A stretch of 64,000 bases of DNA from Candidatus Bathyarchaeia archaeon (GCA_041946875.1 JBHGBG010000001.1:10996-74995), one strand, 5' to 3'; shown: positions 44,483 through 54,288, counted from the stretch's first letter. Notes: generated by a model from the letters alone, not told the origin. Numbers and translations are program-made.

Positions 44483-44983
44483 GTGTTCACCTTGCCCGAA
44501 CCTTTCAGTCTTGAGGAGAACCTGAAGGAATGGCTCAGAGGAGCCTCCAGCGCCGTGGTTGCTGGCATCGGCAACGCCATCCGCATGGACGACTACGTCG
44601 GCGTCAAAATCGTCGAAGACCTGCAGGGCAAAGTCTCCCCGCGGGTGCACCTCATCGAGTGTGAGACCGTGCCCGAGAGCTTCATGGACGAAATTGTGGA
44701 ACTGAGGCCGACGCATGTGCTGTTGATTGACGCGGCAGTACTGGGGCTGAAGCCAGGCGAGGTTCGGCTGTACGACGCCGAGAAGGTCGTGAACATCCCC
44801 GCCATCTCCACGCATATGCTGCCGCTCAGGGTATTCTGCGACTACATCAAGCAACTCTCCGAGGCGAAGATTGCCCTACTGCTCGTTCAGCCGGCAAGCG
44901 TTGAGTTCGGTGAAGGCTTGTCAGCCGAGGTGGCAGCTTCAGCGGCATGTATCGTGAAGGTGTTACTGCGGGTTCTTCCCTGA
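44483..44983 (+). CDS. Hydrogenase maturation endopeptidase (HycI/FrhD-type)
   Basis: VVAGIGNAIRMDDYVG...LIDAA is the typical hydrogenase maturation protease motif set. GTG start. Confidence 0.65.
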   Translation: MFTLPEPFSLEENLKEWLRGASSAVVAGIGNAIRMDDYVGVKIVEDLQGKVSPRVHLIECETVPESFMDEIVELRPTHVLLIDAAVLGLKPGEVRLYDAEKVVNIPAISTHMLPLRVFCDYIKQLSEAKIALLLVQPASVEFGEGLSAEVAASAACIVKVLLRVLP

Positions 44984-45159
44984 CGGGTCGCTTTGGCGGT
45001 TTCGGGCTTGAAAAAGGGTTCGTTATGCATAAACAAACCATTCGTGCCTTTATTCTTTGGAATGCAACTGTTCCATGCGTTTTCTCCATCAAAATCCATT
45101 AGGTTTATATCCCCTCCACCTGCCTAGTACTAAAACACGTACGAGGGGAACAAAACAGA

Positions 45160-47073
45160 ATGTACTCTTACGCTGGAAAAATCCTCCGCGTCAACTTATC
45201 CACGGGGCAAATCAGCACCGAGCCGCTGACCGAAGAGCTGGCTAAAAACTACATAGGCGGCATCGGTCTAGGCATCAAACTCCTGATGGACAACTCCGTT
45301 CCAGGAGCAGACGCCTTCGACCCGTCCAATCCACTCATCTACATGACTGGACCGCTCAGCGGCACAATGGGTCCAACAGGCGGCAACAGTTACGCTGTCG
45401 TGTCGAAGTCACCCGCCACGGGCTGTGTCGGCAACGCTGAGGCGCACGGCTTCTTCGGACCTGACCTGAAGCGGGCTGGCTACGACGCTGTTATAATCAC
45501 GGGCAAAGCGCCCAAACTTAGCTACCTCTGGATAGACGACGACAAAGTCCAGATTATGAATGCGGAACACCTGAAAGGCTTTACTGTGGCAGAAACTGAC
45601 AAGACCATCCGCAAAGAACTCGGCGACTTCTACATCCGCGTCTCCGCCATAGGCGAGTCAGGCGAAAAACTCTGCCGATTCGCAGCCATCATAAACGACG
45701 AGTTCCGCGCCATCGGACGCAGCGGCATGGGCGCCGTCATGGGCAGCAAGAACCTCAAGGCGGTCGCGGTCCGCGGAACCCACGACGTGAACGTCGCGAA
45801 CATGGATGGCTTCCGAGAATTCGTCAAACTCATCCACGAACGCATGAAGGGACCTGCCACCAAGAAGTACAAGACGCTGGGTACACCCGAAAACGTCCTT
45901 GTCTTGAATTCTCTCTCGGCTCTGGCAACGAGGAACTGGACCAACGCTACGTTTGAAGGTGCCCAGAAAGTCAGCGGCGAATGGCTCAACGAGCACTACG
46001 TTAAGAAGGTCGTTGGCTGCGCCACATGCGGCATGCGCTGTGACCACATCGCCGTCGTCCCCGAAGGACCATACAAAGGAAGCACCAGCAGGCTTGAGTT
46101 CGAGTGCCTCTGGAGCATGGGACCCCTCTGCGGAATCGACCGCTTGGACGCCATCATCGAGGCCATGCGCATAGTCAACGAGTATGGTATGGACGGCATC
46201 AGCATAGGCGTCGTCGTCGCCTTCGCCATGGATCTCTACGAACGCGGCATCATAACCAAGGAGCAAACCGACGGCATAGACCTTAAGTTCGGCAACGCCG
46301 AAGCCCTCATCCAAATAATCCACAAAATCGGCAAACGCGAAGGCTGGCTCGGAAACATCCTCGCCGAAGGCACAGCCAAAGCCGCAGAACTCATCGGTGG
46401 AGACGCCTACAAGTACGCTTGCCACATCAAAGGCTTGGAGCTCCCCGGATACGACCTACGAACCCTCAAGACCGCAGCGCTCGGATTCTCCGTCAGCTTC
46501 CGCGGTGCATGCCACCTCCGAAACGGCGCTTACAGCCCCGATGTCAAGGGCAAAGTGAACCGCTTCAAGATTGAGAAAGGCCGCGGCAAGATGATCACCG
46601 ACGAGAGCTACATGTACAACATCATCGACTCACTCATCGTCTGCAAGTTCAGCCGAGGCACCTACTACGACGGCTGGAAGGACCTCACCAACTACTACAC
46701 GCTCGCCACAGGCATCCCGATAACGCCGGAAGAAATGATCGCAGATGGAGACCGCATCGAGAACCTCGCCAAACTCTTCAACCTCCGCGAAGGCAAGGGC
46801 ACACGCAAGTACGACGATGTCCCCTACAAGATAAAGCACTTCCCAGTCCCCGACGACGGACCAGCCAAAGGCGTCTTCGTCAGCGACGACGAAATGCAAA
46901 TCGGCTTGGACGACTATTACGCTTCACGAGGCTGGACACCCCAAGGAATCCCCACATTGGAGCGCCTGCAGAAACTCGGGTTGGGCAACTACGCCTACAT
47001 CGCCGAGAAAGCCCTTAAAGAAAACCCCTTACCGCCTCCAGCAGCACCTCAGGCACCCGCAGGAGGAGCCTAA
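45160..47073 (+). CDS. aor: Aldehyde:ferredoxin oxidoreductase (tungstopterin AOR family), copy 1
   Basis: Full-length AOR family layout: YAGKILRVNLSTG, GGIGLG, CATCGMRC, ELPGYD.R. Confidence 0.9.
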   Translation: MYSYAGKILRVNLSTGQISTEPLTEELAKNYIGGIGLGIKLLMDNSVPGADAFDPSNPLIYMTGPLSGTMGPTGGNSYAVVSKSPATGCVGNAEAHGFFGPDLKRAGYDAVIITGKAPKLSYLWIDDDKVQIMNAEHLKGFTVAETDKTIRKELGDFYIRVSAIGESGEKLCRFAAIINDEFRAIGRSGMGAVMGSKNLKAVAVRGTHDVNVANMDGFREFVKLIHERMKGPATKKYKTLGTPENVLVLNSLSALATRNWTNATFEGAQKVSGEWLNEHYVKKVVGCATCGMRCDHIAVVPEGPYKGSTSRLEFECLWSMGPLCGIDRLDAIIEAMRIVNEYGMDGISIGVVVAFAMDLYERGIITKEQTDGIDLKFGNAEALIQIIHKIGKREGWLGNILAEGTAKAAELIGGDAYKYACHIKGLELPGYDLRTLKTAALGFSVSFRGACHLRNGAYSPDVKGKVNRFKIEKGRGKMITDESYMYNIIDSLIVCKFSRGTYYDGWKDLTNYYTLATGIPITPEEMIADGDRIENLAKLFNLREGKGTRKYDDVPYKIKHFPVPDDGPAKGVFVSDDEMQIGLDDYYASRGWTPQGIPTLERLQKLGLGNYAYIAEKALKENPLPPPAAPQAPAGGA

Positions 47074-47074
47074 G

Positions 47075-47584
47075 ATGGTGCGTCCTCAAGACCGAAAGTT
47101 CGTGACCGCTGACCCCGACAAGTGCATTGGATGCGTCGTCTGCGAGTACGCCTGCAGTATGGTCAACGAGAACACGTTCAACCCCACGAAGAGCCGCATA
47201 CGCGCCATGCGCATTGGACCCCTGACCAACTTAGCCATCACCTGCCGGCATTGTGAAGACCCCGCCTGCGTGGCAGCCTGCCCCAGAGACGCGTTGACTC
47301 AGGAAGAGAACAGCGGCATAATCCGCGTCGACGAAAACGCCTGCAACGGCTGCGGCTGGTGCATCGCCGCGTGTCAGTTCGGCGCCATGAACATGCACCC
47401 CGAGAAGAAAGTTGTCTTCACCTGCAACAGCTGCACCGACCACGCCGAGGGCGAACCGCAGTGCGTCAAGTGGTGTCCCGAAGAGGCGTTGACTTTCGTC
47501 ACGGCAGAGCAACTTGCGCAGAAGTCTCGGGCGAAAGCCGTGAAGAACCTGTTCCAAATAGCTGAGACTCCAAAGGCAAAGTAG
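47075..47584 (+). CDS. 4Fe-4S multi-cluster protein, AOR-associated electron-transfer subunit
   Basis: Four Cys clusters (CIGCVVCEYAC, CRHCEDPACVAACP, CNGCGWCIAAC, CNSC...CVKWCP). The start follows 1 nt after the aor stop. Confidence 0.8.
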   Translation: MVRPQDRKFVTADPDKCIGCVVCEYACSMVNENTFNPTKSRIRAMRIGPLTNLAITCRHCEDPACVAACPRDALTQEENSGIIRVDENACNGCGWCIAACQFGAMNMHPEKKVVFTCNSCTDHAEGEPQCVKWCPEEALTFVTAEQLAQKSRAKAVKNLFQIAETPKAK

Positions 47585-47620
47585 TCGCAATAACCAACAA
47601 TTACCCTCTTCTTTCTCTTT

Positions 47621-47908
47621 CTATCCGCCCGTCATAAGGGACATGAGGATGATGATGTCGCCATCCTTCAGAGGAGTGTTCACGCCTTTCAGCTGATCCA
47701 TCAGGACTCCGTTGACCATGGCGACAAAGGTTGCCTTCATCGCCTTCTGGGCGGGGTCGTAGACTTCTTTGGTGAAGGGTGTTCCGTAGGTTGCGGCGAT
47801 TTTTTCCATCAAATCGGACAGTAAGGTGCCTTCTGGGAGTTCGAATGTGTCTTGGCTTCGGTTTGTGTAGCTTTTGACGAGGCTTATGTATTGTGCCGTA
47901 ACCTTCAT
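47621..47908 (-). CDS. MoaD/ThiS-family ubiquitin-like small protein (ends in GG)
   Basis: 95 aa with a C-terminal ...GDIIILMSLMTGG diglycine. Confidence 0.65.
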   Translation of the reverse strand: MKVTAQYISLVKSYTNRSQDTFELPEGTLLSDLMEKIAATYGTPFTKEVYDPAQKAMKATFVAMVNGVLMDQLKGVNTPLKDGDIIILMSLMTGG

Positions 47909-48104
47909 CCTGTGGGCACCTGTCTTCTGTTGTGCTCATGATGATAAGGTGGGGTTTCTCATATTTTCTTTTCCCTTGCATGCGGTTTTTCCGCTTGGAA
48001 AGGGCTGGCACAGTCAAGACAAAGCGAATATTCGGTCATGTTTTCTCCGCGGATTAAGCCATTAAGTTAATATAGTTTTCACAGGACTTATAGTTTCTTA
48101 ATCT

Positions 48105-49979
48105 ATGGAGGACAAGAGTTTGCTCGGTTACGCTGGCAAAATTCTCCACGTTGACCTGACCGTTGGCGAGACGCGGACTGAAAAACTCACCGAAGAAATG
48201 GCCAAGAAGTACATCGGCGGCATAGGCTTAGGCATGCGGCTATGGCTAGCAAAAGCCAAAGCAGGCGTCGACCCGCTAAGCCCAGAGAACCCGCTTGTTC
48301 TTGCGCTCGGTCCAGTTTCAGGCACCATGTTCCCCACGGGCGGAAATGGGCACGCGTTCATCTCAAAGTCACCCGCAACCAACGGCGTCGGCGAAGCAGT
48401 TTCTCATGGCACTTTCGGCGCAGAGCTGAAGCGCGCAGGGTACGACGCTATTGTATTGACGGGCAAGTCAGAGAGACCTGTTTACCTGTGGATTGACGAT
48501 GACTCCGTGCAGCTTCTGGACGCGGCGCACCTGGTGGGCAAGTCTCCCAGCCAAACCGAGGACGCCATCAAAGAGGAACTAGGCGACTACTACGTTCGAG
48601 TCGCCTCGATAGGCTTAGCTGGAGAGAAACTCTCCAAGATAGCCTGCATAATCAACGAGAAAACCCGCGCAGCTGGCAGAACTGGCTTGGGCGCGGTCAT
48701 GGGGTCGAAGAACCTCAAAGCGATTGCGGTCCGCGGAACACGCGACATCGTTCCCGCGAAGCCCGACGAGTTCATGGACATGGTTAAAGAGTTTCACGAG
48801 CGCATGAAGGGACCCGCGACGCAGAAGTACCGCACGTTGGGTACGGTTGAGAATGTCCTGATTAACAACACGTTGTTCTGTATGCCTAGCCGCAACTACA
48901 GCAGCGCGCACTTCGATAATGCGGAGAAAGTCAGCGGCGAAGCGTTGAACGAGCGGTACGTTGCCCGAATCATCGCCTGCAGCTCCTGCCCCATGCGCTG
49001 CGAACACGAGGCAGTGGTCCGTGAAGGTCCGTACAAGGGAACCTTGGCGCGAATCGAGTACGAATCGCTTTGGGCTATGGGACCATACACGGGCGTGGAA
49101 AAGCTTGACGCAATAATCCGAGCCGCGGAGCTGTGCAACTACTACGGCATGGACGCCCAAAGTACAGGCGTGACCATCGGCTTCGTGATGGACTGCCACG
49201 AAAGAGGAATTCTCACTCACCAAGACCTCGAGGGAATCGACGCACACTTCGGAAACGCGGAAGCAATGCTGCAGCTCATCGAGAAGATGGGCAAACGCGA
49301 AGGCATAGGCGACACTCTCGCCGACGGCGTCAAAGCCGCCGCGCAGAAAATCAGCAAAGGCTCAGAGCAATTGGCACAGCATATCAAGGGTTTGGAGGTT
49401 ACGGGCTACGATTTGCGCTGCCTCAAAACCGCTGCCTTGGCTTTCGCCGTGTCTTTCCGTGGGGCGGATCACAACCGAAGCAGCGCCTACGCCATCGACC
49501 TCAAAGGCAAAGTGGACCGCTTGAAAGCGGAGAAGGGACGTGGAAAAATCGTCAAAGACCAAGAGGACGCCTACGCGCTGATCGACTCGCTCATCGTCTG
49601 CAAGAACGCCCGAGGCACGTTCTACAAGGAGCTGCCCGAGATGGCGAAGCTGTACAGCCTTGTCACCGGCTACGACATGGCACCCGAAGAACTCGGCGTT
49701 GCGGGTGAACGAATAAACGTCTTGGCGCGGCTCATCAACATCCGCGAAGGCTTAAGCCGAAAAGACGACACGCTGCCCTGGAAGGTCATGAACGAACCCA
49801 TCCCCGACGACGGACCAGTCAAAGGCGCCATCGTCACGCAAGAAGAACTCGATTTAATGCTGGACGACTACTATCAGGCTCGCGGCTGGACGCTGGACGG
49901 CGTGCCAACTACGGCGAAGCTCAAGGAGCTTGGTATGGAAGACCTGAGCAGCATCGTCGAAGCGAAACAGGAGGCATAA
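48105..49979 (+). CDS. aor: Aldehyde:ferredoxin oxidoreductase (AOR family), copy 2
   Basis: Paralogue of 45160..47073 (YAGKILHVDLTVG, CSSCPMRC, EVTGYD.R). Confidence 0.9.
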   Translation: MEDKSLLGYAGKILHVDLTVGETRTEKLTEEMAKKYIGGIGLGMRLWLAKAKAGVDPLSPENPLVLALGPVSGTMFPTGGNGHAFISKSPATNGVGEAVSHGTFGAELKRAGYDAIVLTGKSERPVYLWIDDDSVQLLDAAHLVGKSPSQTEDAIKEELGDYYVRVASIGLAGEKLSKIACIINEKTRAAGRTGLGAVMGSKNLKAIAVRGTRDIVPAKPDEFMDMVKEFHERMKGPATQKYRTLGTVENVLINNTLFCMPSRNYSSAHFDNAEKVSGEALNERYVARIIACSSCPMRCEHEAVVREGPYKGTLARIEYESLWAMGPYTGVEKLDAIIRAAELCNYYGMDAQSTGVTIGFVMDCHERGILTHQDLEGIDAHFGNAEAMLQLIEKMGKREGIGDTLADGVKAAAQKISKGSEQLAQHIKGLEVTGYDLRCLKTAALAFAVSFRGADHNRSSAYAIDLKGKVDRLKAEKGRGKIVKDQEDAYALIDSLIVCKNARGTFYKELPEMAKLYSLVTGYDMAPEELGVAGERINVLARLINIREGLSRKDDTLPWKVMNEPIPDDGPVKGAIVTQEELDLMLDDYYQARGWTLDGVPTTAKLKELGMEDLSSIVEAKQEA

Positions 49980-49982
49980 GCC

Positions 49983-50480
49983 ATGGTGAAGATGCACGAA
50001 AGACAATTCGTTTCCTGCGACCCTGACAAATGCGTAGGCTGCCAAGTCTGCGAGTATGCCTGCTCATACACTAAGGAGAAAGCCTTCAACCCCATCAAAT
50101 CCCGCATACGCGTCGTCCGCCAGAACCAAATCGTCAACATGGCAGTCGCCTGCAGACTCTGCGAGGAACCAGCATGCGTCGCCGCCTGCCCGCGTGATGC
50201 CCTCAAGCAGTCCGAGGAGACAGGAGCCATCACGATTGACCCGGACAAGTGCAACGGCTGCGGCTGGTGCATCGAAGCCTGCGACTACGGCGCCATAATG
50301 CTGCACCCCGAAACCAAGACCGTCTACACGTGCGACCTGTGCAAGGAGAAGCCCGAGGGACCGCAATGCGTCAAGTGGTGCCCTGAAGAGGCTTTGACGG
50401 TGGTCACGAGCGATGTGCTGGCGCAGAAAGCCCGCATAAGCGCCATAAAGAAGCTCTTCCAAGAAAAAGCAAAAGATTAA
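49983..50480 (+). CDS. 4Fe-4S multi-cluster protein, AOR-associated, copy 2
   Basis: Paralogue of 47075..47584 with the same four Cys clusters. Confidence 0.8.
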   Translation: MVKMHERQFVSCDPDKCVGCQVCEYACSYTKEKAFNPIKSRIRVVRQNQIVNMAVACRLCEEPACVAACPRDALKQSEETGAITIDPDKCNGCGWCIEACDYGAIMLHPETKTVYTCDLCKEKPEGPQCVKWCPEEALTVVTSDVLAQKARISAIKKLFQEKAKD

Positions 50481-50533
50481 ACCAAACAGGGATTTTTCCC
50501 TCTCCTACCTTTTCCTCTCTCCGTTCCTTCTCG

Positions 50534-50592
50534 CAGACCTCCCCCTCTATAGGTTTCTGCAATGAGTTTCTAATAGGCTCCAAATACGTTCG
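50534..50592 (+). repeat. Intergenic repeat family, copy R3
   Basis: CAGACCTCCCCCTCTATAGGTTTCTGCAATGAGTTTCTAATAGGCTCCAAATACGTTCG. Confidence 0.8.
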
Positions 50593-50610
50593 CCTCTGCC
50601 CCTGCTCTGG

Positions 50611-50666
50611 ATAGCCCCTCTATAGGTTTTCTGCATTGATTGGCTATTAGGCTCCAAATATGTTCG
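50611..50666 (+). repeat. Intergenic repeat family, copy R4 (more diverged)
   Basis: ATAGCCCCTCTATAGGTTTTCTGCATTGATTGGCTATTAGGCTCCAAATATGTTCG. Its core starts 73 nt after the core of R3. Confidence 0.75.
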
Positions 50667-50747
50667 TCTGAAACAATCAGCTGTCAGAGAAGGCGCGTTG
50701 GTTGAGGCAAACCTTAAACCCACGTACCTCCCAAGGTTCTCTCTAAG

Positions 50748-51827
50748 GTGAACGCCTTGAACCGCATTGAAGCACTCAGAAAAGCCGCCTTCACCCCAGA
50801 AGGCTACGACGGATACCTCATCCTCAACGGCGTGAACATGCTCTACTTCCTCGGGTTCCCCGGAACCAGCGCGCTACTCATCCCACCCAACGGCGAAAGC
50901 ATAGTCTACGTTTACAGCGTGAACTACGAGCAGGCGAAAGCCGAGGGCAAAGGCTTCAACATTCAGCTGGTCAAGGGCGACGAGAACTTGATGGAGAAAA
51001 TCGCCCAGCAAGCCCGAAGTTTGAAGATTCGAAAGCTCGCAGCCGACGTCCTTAGCGTGGAGAACTGGCGCGCTCTGGCGCGGATGTTTCCAAGCGAGAA
51101 CCTGCCAGAAGCCAACAACAGCCACGTGCAGGCGCTCCGCGCCGTGAAAGACGCAGACGAGATTCAGCTCATGCGCCGGGCTGCGGAACTTACAAGCATC
51201 GGCATGAAGGTCGCCTACGAAGCGGTGCAGCCGGGCATGAAGGAGTACGAAGCCGCTGCAGAAATCGAGTACGCCATGAGAAAGCGCGGTTCAGGCGGAA
51301 CAGCCTTCGAGACAATTGTGGCTTCGGGCGCGTGCTCCGCGTTTCCCCACGGAGGCTGCTCGGGCAGAGAAATCCGCGAAGGAGACCTTGTGGTCGTCGA
51401 CATCGGAGCCACGTTCAACCACTACTGCTCCGACATGACCCGAACCATCGCGGCAGGGAAGCCTTCCGAAAAGCAGACCCGAATCTACGGCGCCGTGAAG
51501 GAAGCTCAGGACCAAGCCTTCAAAGCCATGAACGCAGGCACGCCTCTGGCGGATGTGGATGCAGCCGCCCGAAACGTAATCTCAAAAGCAGGCTACGGAG
51601 ACTACTTCGTTCACAGGCTGGGTCACGGGGTAGGCTTGGAAGTGCACGAGCCACCCAGCATGGGACCGACCTCGCAAGGCACGTTGGCCGCGGGCAATGT
51701 AGTGACGAACGAGCCAGGAGTCTACCTGGTCGGCTACGGCGGCGTCCGCATCGAGGACACAGTTCTCGTGGCGAAAGACGAGCCCGAGAAACTCACCGTC
51801 GGACGCTACAGCCTCAGCAGGGAGTGA
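50748..51827 (+). CDS. pepQ: Xaa-Pro dipeptidase / M24-family metallopeptidase
   Basis: Creatinase-like N-terminal domain plus M24 motifs (VVVDIGATFNHYCSDMTRT, HRLGHGVGLEVHE, NEPGVY, VRIED). Confidence 0.85.
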   Translation: MNALNRIEALRKAAFTPEGYDGYLILNGVNMLYFLGFPGTSALLIPPNGESIVYVYSVNYEQAKAEGKGFNIQLVKGDENLMEKIAQQARSLKIRKLAADVLSVENWRALARMFPSENLPEANNSHVQALRAVKDADEIQLMRRAAELTSIGMKVAYEAVQPGMKEYEAAAEIEYAMRKRGSGGTAFETIVASGACSAFPHGGCSGREIREGDLVVVDIGATFNHYCSDMTRTIAAGKPSEKQTRIYGAVKEAQDQAFKAMNAGTPLADVDAAARNVISKAGYGDYFVHRLGHGVGLEVHEPPSMGPTSQGTLAAGNVVTNEPGVYLVGYGGVRIEDTVLVAKDEPEKLTVGRYSLSRE

Positions 51828-51877
51828 CGGGCAAAGTTAAAATGCGCGGTCCCCGCATTAGTGGACGGGGAGTTTTC

Positions 51878-52444
51878 ATGAAGAATCCAGCCATAATAGT
51901 AATCGACATGCTCAACGACTTTGTCACAGGCAAACTCCAAGTCGACCGCGCCAAAAACGTGGTTCCAGTCATCAAGCGACTCATAGAAGCCGCCCGCAGC
52001 AAGGGCGTGCCCGTCATCTACAGCAACGACGCCCACTACCCTCAGGACGTGGAAGTCACCCGCAAGTGGGGCAAACACGCCATCAAAGGTACAGAAGGCG
52101 CCGAAGTCATCCCCGAACTCGCACCGTCAGCCAAGGATTACATTGTAGAGAAGCGGACGTACAGCGGCTTCTACGAGACAGGCTTGGACCCGTTGCTGAG
52201 GAGCCTGTACAAGGACGCAGGCGCGAAAACCGTTGTCCTCTGCGGCTTGCATACCCACATGTGCGTCAGGCACACCGCGGCAGACGCCTTCTTCCGAGGC
52301 TACAGCATCGTCGTGGTCAAGGACGGCGTAGAAGCCTTCACGAAAGAGGACCACGAGCAGGGCTTGAAGTACTTGGAGTACGTCTACAACGCCAAGATAA
52401 TGACCGCGGACGAGATCATAGCGAACCTGAACAAACCTAATTAA
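51878..52444 (+). CDS. Isochorismatase-family cysteine hydrolase (nicotinamidase-like)
   Basis: AIIVIDMLNDF, K.TYSGF and VLCGLHTHMCV (catalytic Cys). The upstream part of the track ORF (from 51332) overlaps pepQ out of frame and was rejected. Confidence 0.8.
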   Translation: MKNPAIIVIDMLNDFVTGKLQVDRAKNVVPVIKRLIEAARSKGVPVIYSNDAHYPQDVEVTRKWGKHAIKGTEGAEVIPELAPSAKDYIVEKRTYSGFYETGLDPLLRSLYKDAGAKTVVLCGLHTHMCVRHTAADAFFRGYSIVVVKDGVEAFTKEDHEQGLKYLEYVYNAKIMTADEIIANLNKPN

Positions 52445-52478
52445 CCCGCGAAGTACAGTACCCTCGGAGAACGGGAAC

Positions 52479-52952
52479 ATGAGAATCCTCGTGATCTACG
52501 ACTCGAAGAGCGGAAACACCGAAAAAATGGCCCAAGCTGTAGCTGAAGGCGCAAAAAACGCGGGCGCTGAAGTAGCCGTGAAAACTGCAGACCAAACCCT
52601 GATGAAAGATCTGTTGGCTGCGGACGGCGTAGTCATGGGTTCACCCACCTACTTCGGCCAGATGTCCGCAAAGCTCAAGCATCTTATAGACGAGTCCGTC
52701 GAGGTCCACGAGCGGTTGACGGGCAAGGTGGGCGGCGCGTTCACTAACAGCGGTGGAACTGCCACGGGCGCGGAAACCACGCTAATCAGCATCGTGCAGG
52801 CTATGCTTGTGCACGGCATGATTGTGCAGGGCAACGCTGAAGACATGCACTACGGCGTAGCCGCGAAAGGAGAGCCCAAGGAAAAAGACCTCAAAGCATG
52901 CAGCGAACTGGGCACCAGAGTGGCTATGCTCGTCCAGAAACTCAAAGCCTAA
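52479..52952 (+). CDS. Flavodoxin-like fold protein (WrbA/NAD(P)H-dependent FMN reductase-like)
   Basis: MRILVIYDSKSGNTEKMA and GSPTYFGQMS motifs. Confidence 0.75.
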   Translation: MRILVIYDSKSGNTEKMAQAVAEGAKNAGAEVAVKTADQTLMKDLLAADGVVMGSPTYFGQMSAKLKHLIDESVEVHERLTGKVGGAFTNSGGTATGAETTLISIVQAMLVHGMIVQGNAEDMHYGVAAKGEPKEKDLKACSELGTRVAMLVQKLKA

Positions 52953-52954
52953 CG

Positions 52955-54070
52955 CTATGGGGGCTTGAGGGACTTCGCCCTCTTCGGCTTCGGTTCAGGA
53001 CACGACTTCGTTCGCCACGCGGTCCAGCCGTAGCACTTGTTGCAGATGAACGGGATACAGCGCTCGAAAACTGTGACCTGGAAGAAGCCGAAGGAGAGCA
53101 CGAGCTTGAACCAGAAGCCCGCAAACCCAGCCAGCAAGCTCGACGCGATGGCTATCCCAGCGGTTATGCCCAGGACCTGGTAGAGCTCGCTGGAGACTAT
53201 CTGAGAAACGCCCGCAAGCGCGATGCCCTGCCCCTGAACGTTGTTGACTATCGTGTTCGTTATCACGACTTTGTCGATTCCAATTAAGGAGCCAATCGCG
53301 ATGAACACGAGGAAAAAAGACAAAACTTCAAACACCCATGTCAACGACTGATAGACGATTGGCTTGAACATGGCCTTCGGGTTGTTCTTTATGGTCAGTA
53401 TTCCCTCGCGGAACTCCGTTATCTGGTGATGCACCTTTTCTTGAAGCGCCACCCCGTTGGTTTGTTTTCCCTTGATTCTCGCAACCAGCCTCTCAATCGC
53501 CCGCAGAAGCTTCTCGGTTGCCCGCGTGCTCACGCTCAGATAAACAATCACGACCAGCGGCAGAGCCAAAAACACCATCGTAATCCCGATAGCTGCCATG
53601 ACAGAACTGTTAACCGAATAGTTCATAACCAACAGAGCAATACCCACGACCAGCGACCCCAAGACGACGAGAAGTTCCAAGACATCCTTGATGATTATTG
53701 AAGCCGCCGCTTTGGATCCATTCACATCCTTATCTTTCGTCAGAAGGTAAGTCTTGAAGGCGTCGCCACTTAAGCCTCCGGGAATGAGCGTGTCGACGAA
53801 ATGCCCAACCCAGCTGAGGCTGAAGACCCTCCTGAAAGTGGTGCCTACGGCGAGACTGTCAAGCGTCGCCTTCCAAGCCAGCGCGTCAAACGCCGAGCCG
53901 ACCACGACGCAGAGGAACGCCAAGACGTAGATTGCAGGGTTTATCCCTCCGATCACGGTTCCAACTTGGGCGAAGTCGGTAAAGAAGACGAGGTACAGCA
54001 TGAAAGCCAGGAACCCAAGCATCGCTGTTACCGTTATCCATTTCTTGAACGCCGGCTTCTCAGTCAACAT
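52955..54070 (-). CDS. Flippase-like (UPF0104 / LPG-synthase TM-domain) membrane protein
   Basis: Polytopic membrane protein with an RR.FS.SW.G.F......PGG.SGD.FK-like motif (FRRVFSLSWVGHFVDTLIPGGLSGDAFK). Start set at the ATG at 54070. Confidence 0.6.
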   Translation of the reverse strand: MLTEKPAFKKWITVTAMLGFLAFMLYLVFFTDFAQVGTVIGGINPAIYVLAFLCVVVGSAFDALAWKATLDSLAVGTTFRRVFSLSWVGHFVDTLIPGGLSGDAFKTYLLTKDKDVNGSKAAASIIIKDVLELLVVLGSLVVGIALLVMNYSVNSSVMAAIGITMVFLALPLVVIVYLSVSTRATEKLLRAIERLVARIKGKQTNGVALQEKVHHQITEFREGILTIKNNPKAMFKPIVYQSLTWVFEVLSFFLVFIAIGSLIGIDKVVITNTIVNNVQGQGIALAGVSQIVSSELYQVLGITAGIAIASSLLAGFAGFWFKLVLSFGFFQVTVFERCIPFICNKCYGWTAWRTKSCPEPKPKRAKSLKPP

Positions 54071-54288
54071 TATGTTCTTACCCGTTCCTTTTGAAATCTG
54101 AAAGAAACTCGGTGCGGTTTTCCTAAGTGCCCCATCAGCGCAACCAATGTCCTCGAATGCTATGGCGTAAATCTGCGTTTCGGGGGTTCTTAAACGCATG
54201 TGGCTACAAACACGAAACAACATGTTGAAAACCTCAAAACAAGAAATTTCAAAAAAGGAAGAGTGGGCAACTTCCAGAACCGGCTAAA

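Noticed and set aside
45658-46425. 255-aa minus-strand ORF (and the analogous 48615..49247)
   Set aside because: Both are antisense shadow ORFs within the two aor genes.
50534-50666. Possible CRISPR array or C/D-box sRNA interpretation of the repeat family
   Set aside because: Only two tandem copies occur, with imperfect identity and a 73-nt period, and no cas genes are present. I found no acceptable C (RUGAUGA) or D (CUGA) boxes in either orientation. I therefore kept it as an unclassified repeat.
51332-51877. N-terminal 180 aa of the 370-aa track ORF 51332..52444
   Set aside because: This part overlaps pepQ in another frame and is Arg-rich nonsense. Real isochorismatase homology starts at MKNPAIIVIDMLNDF (51878).
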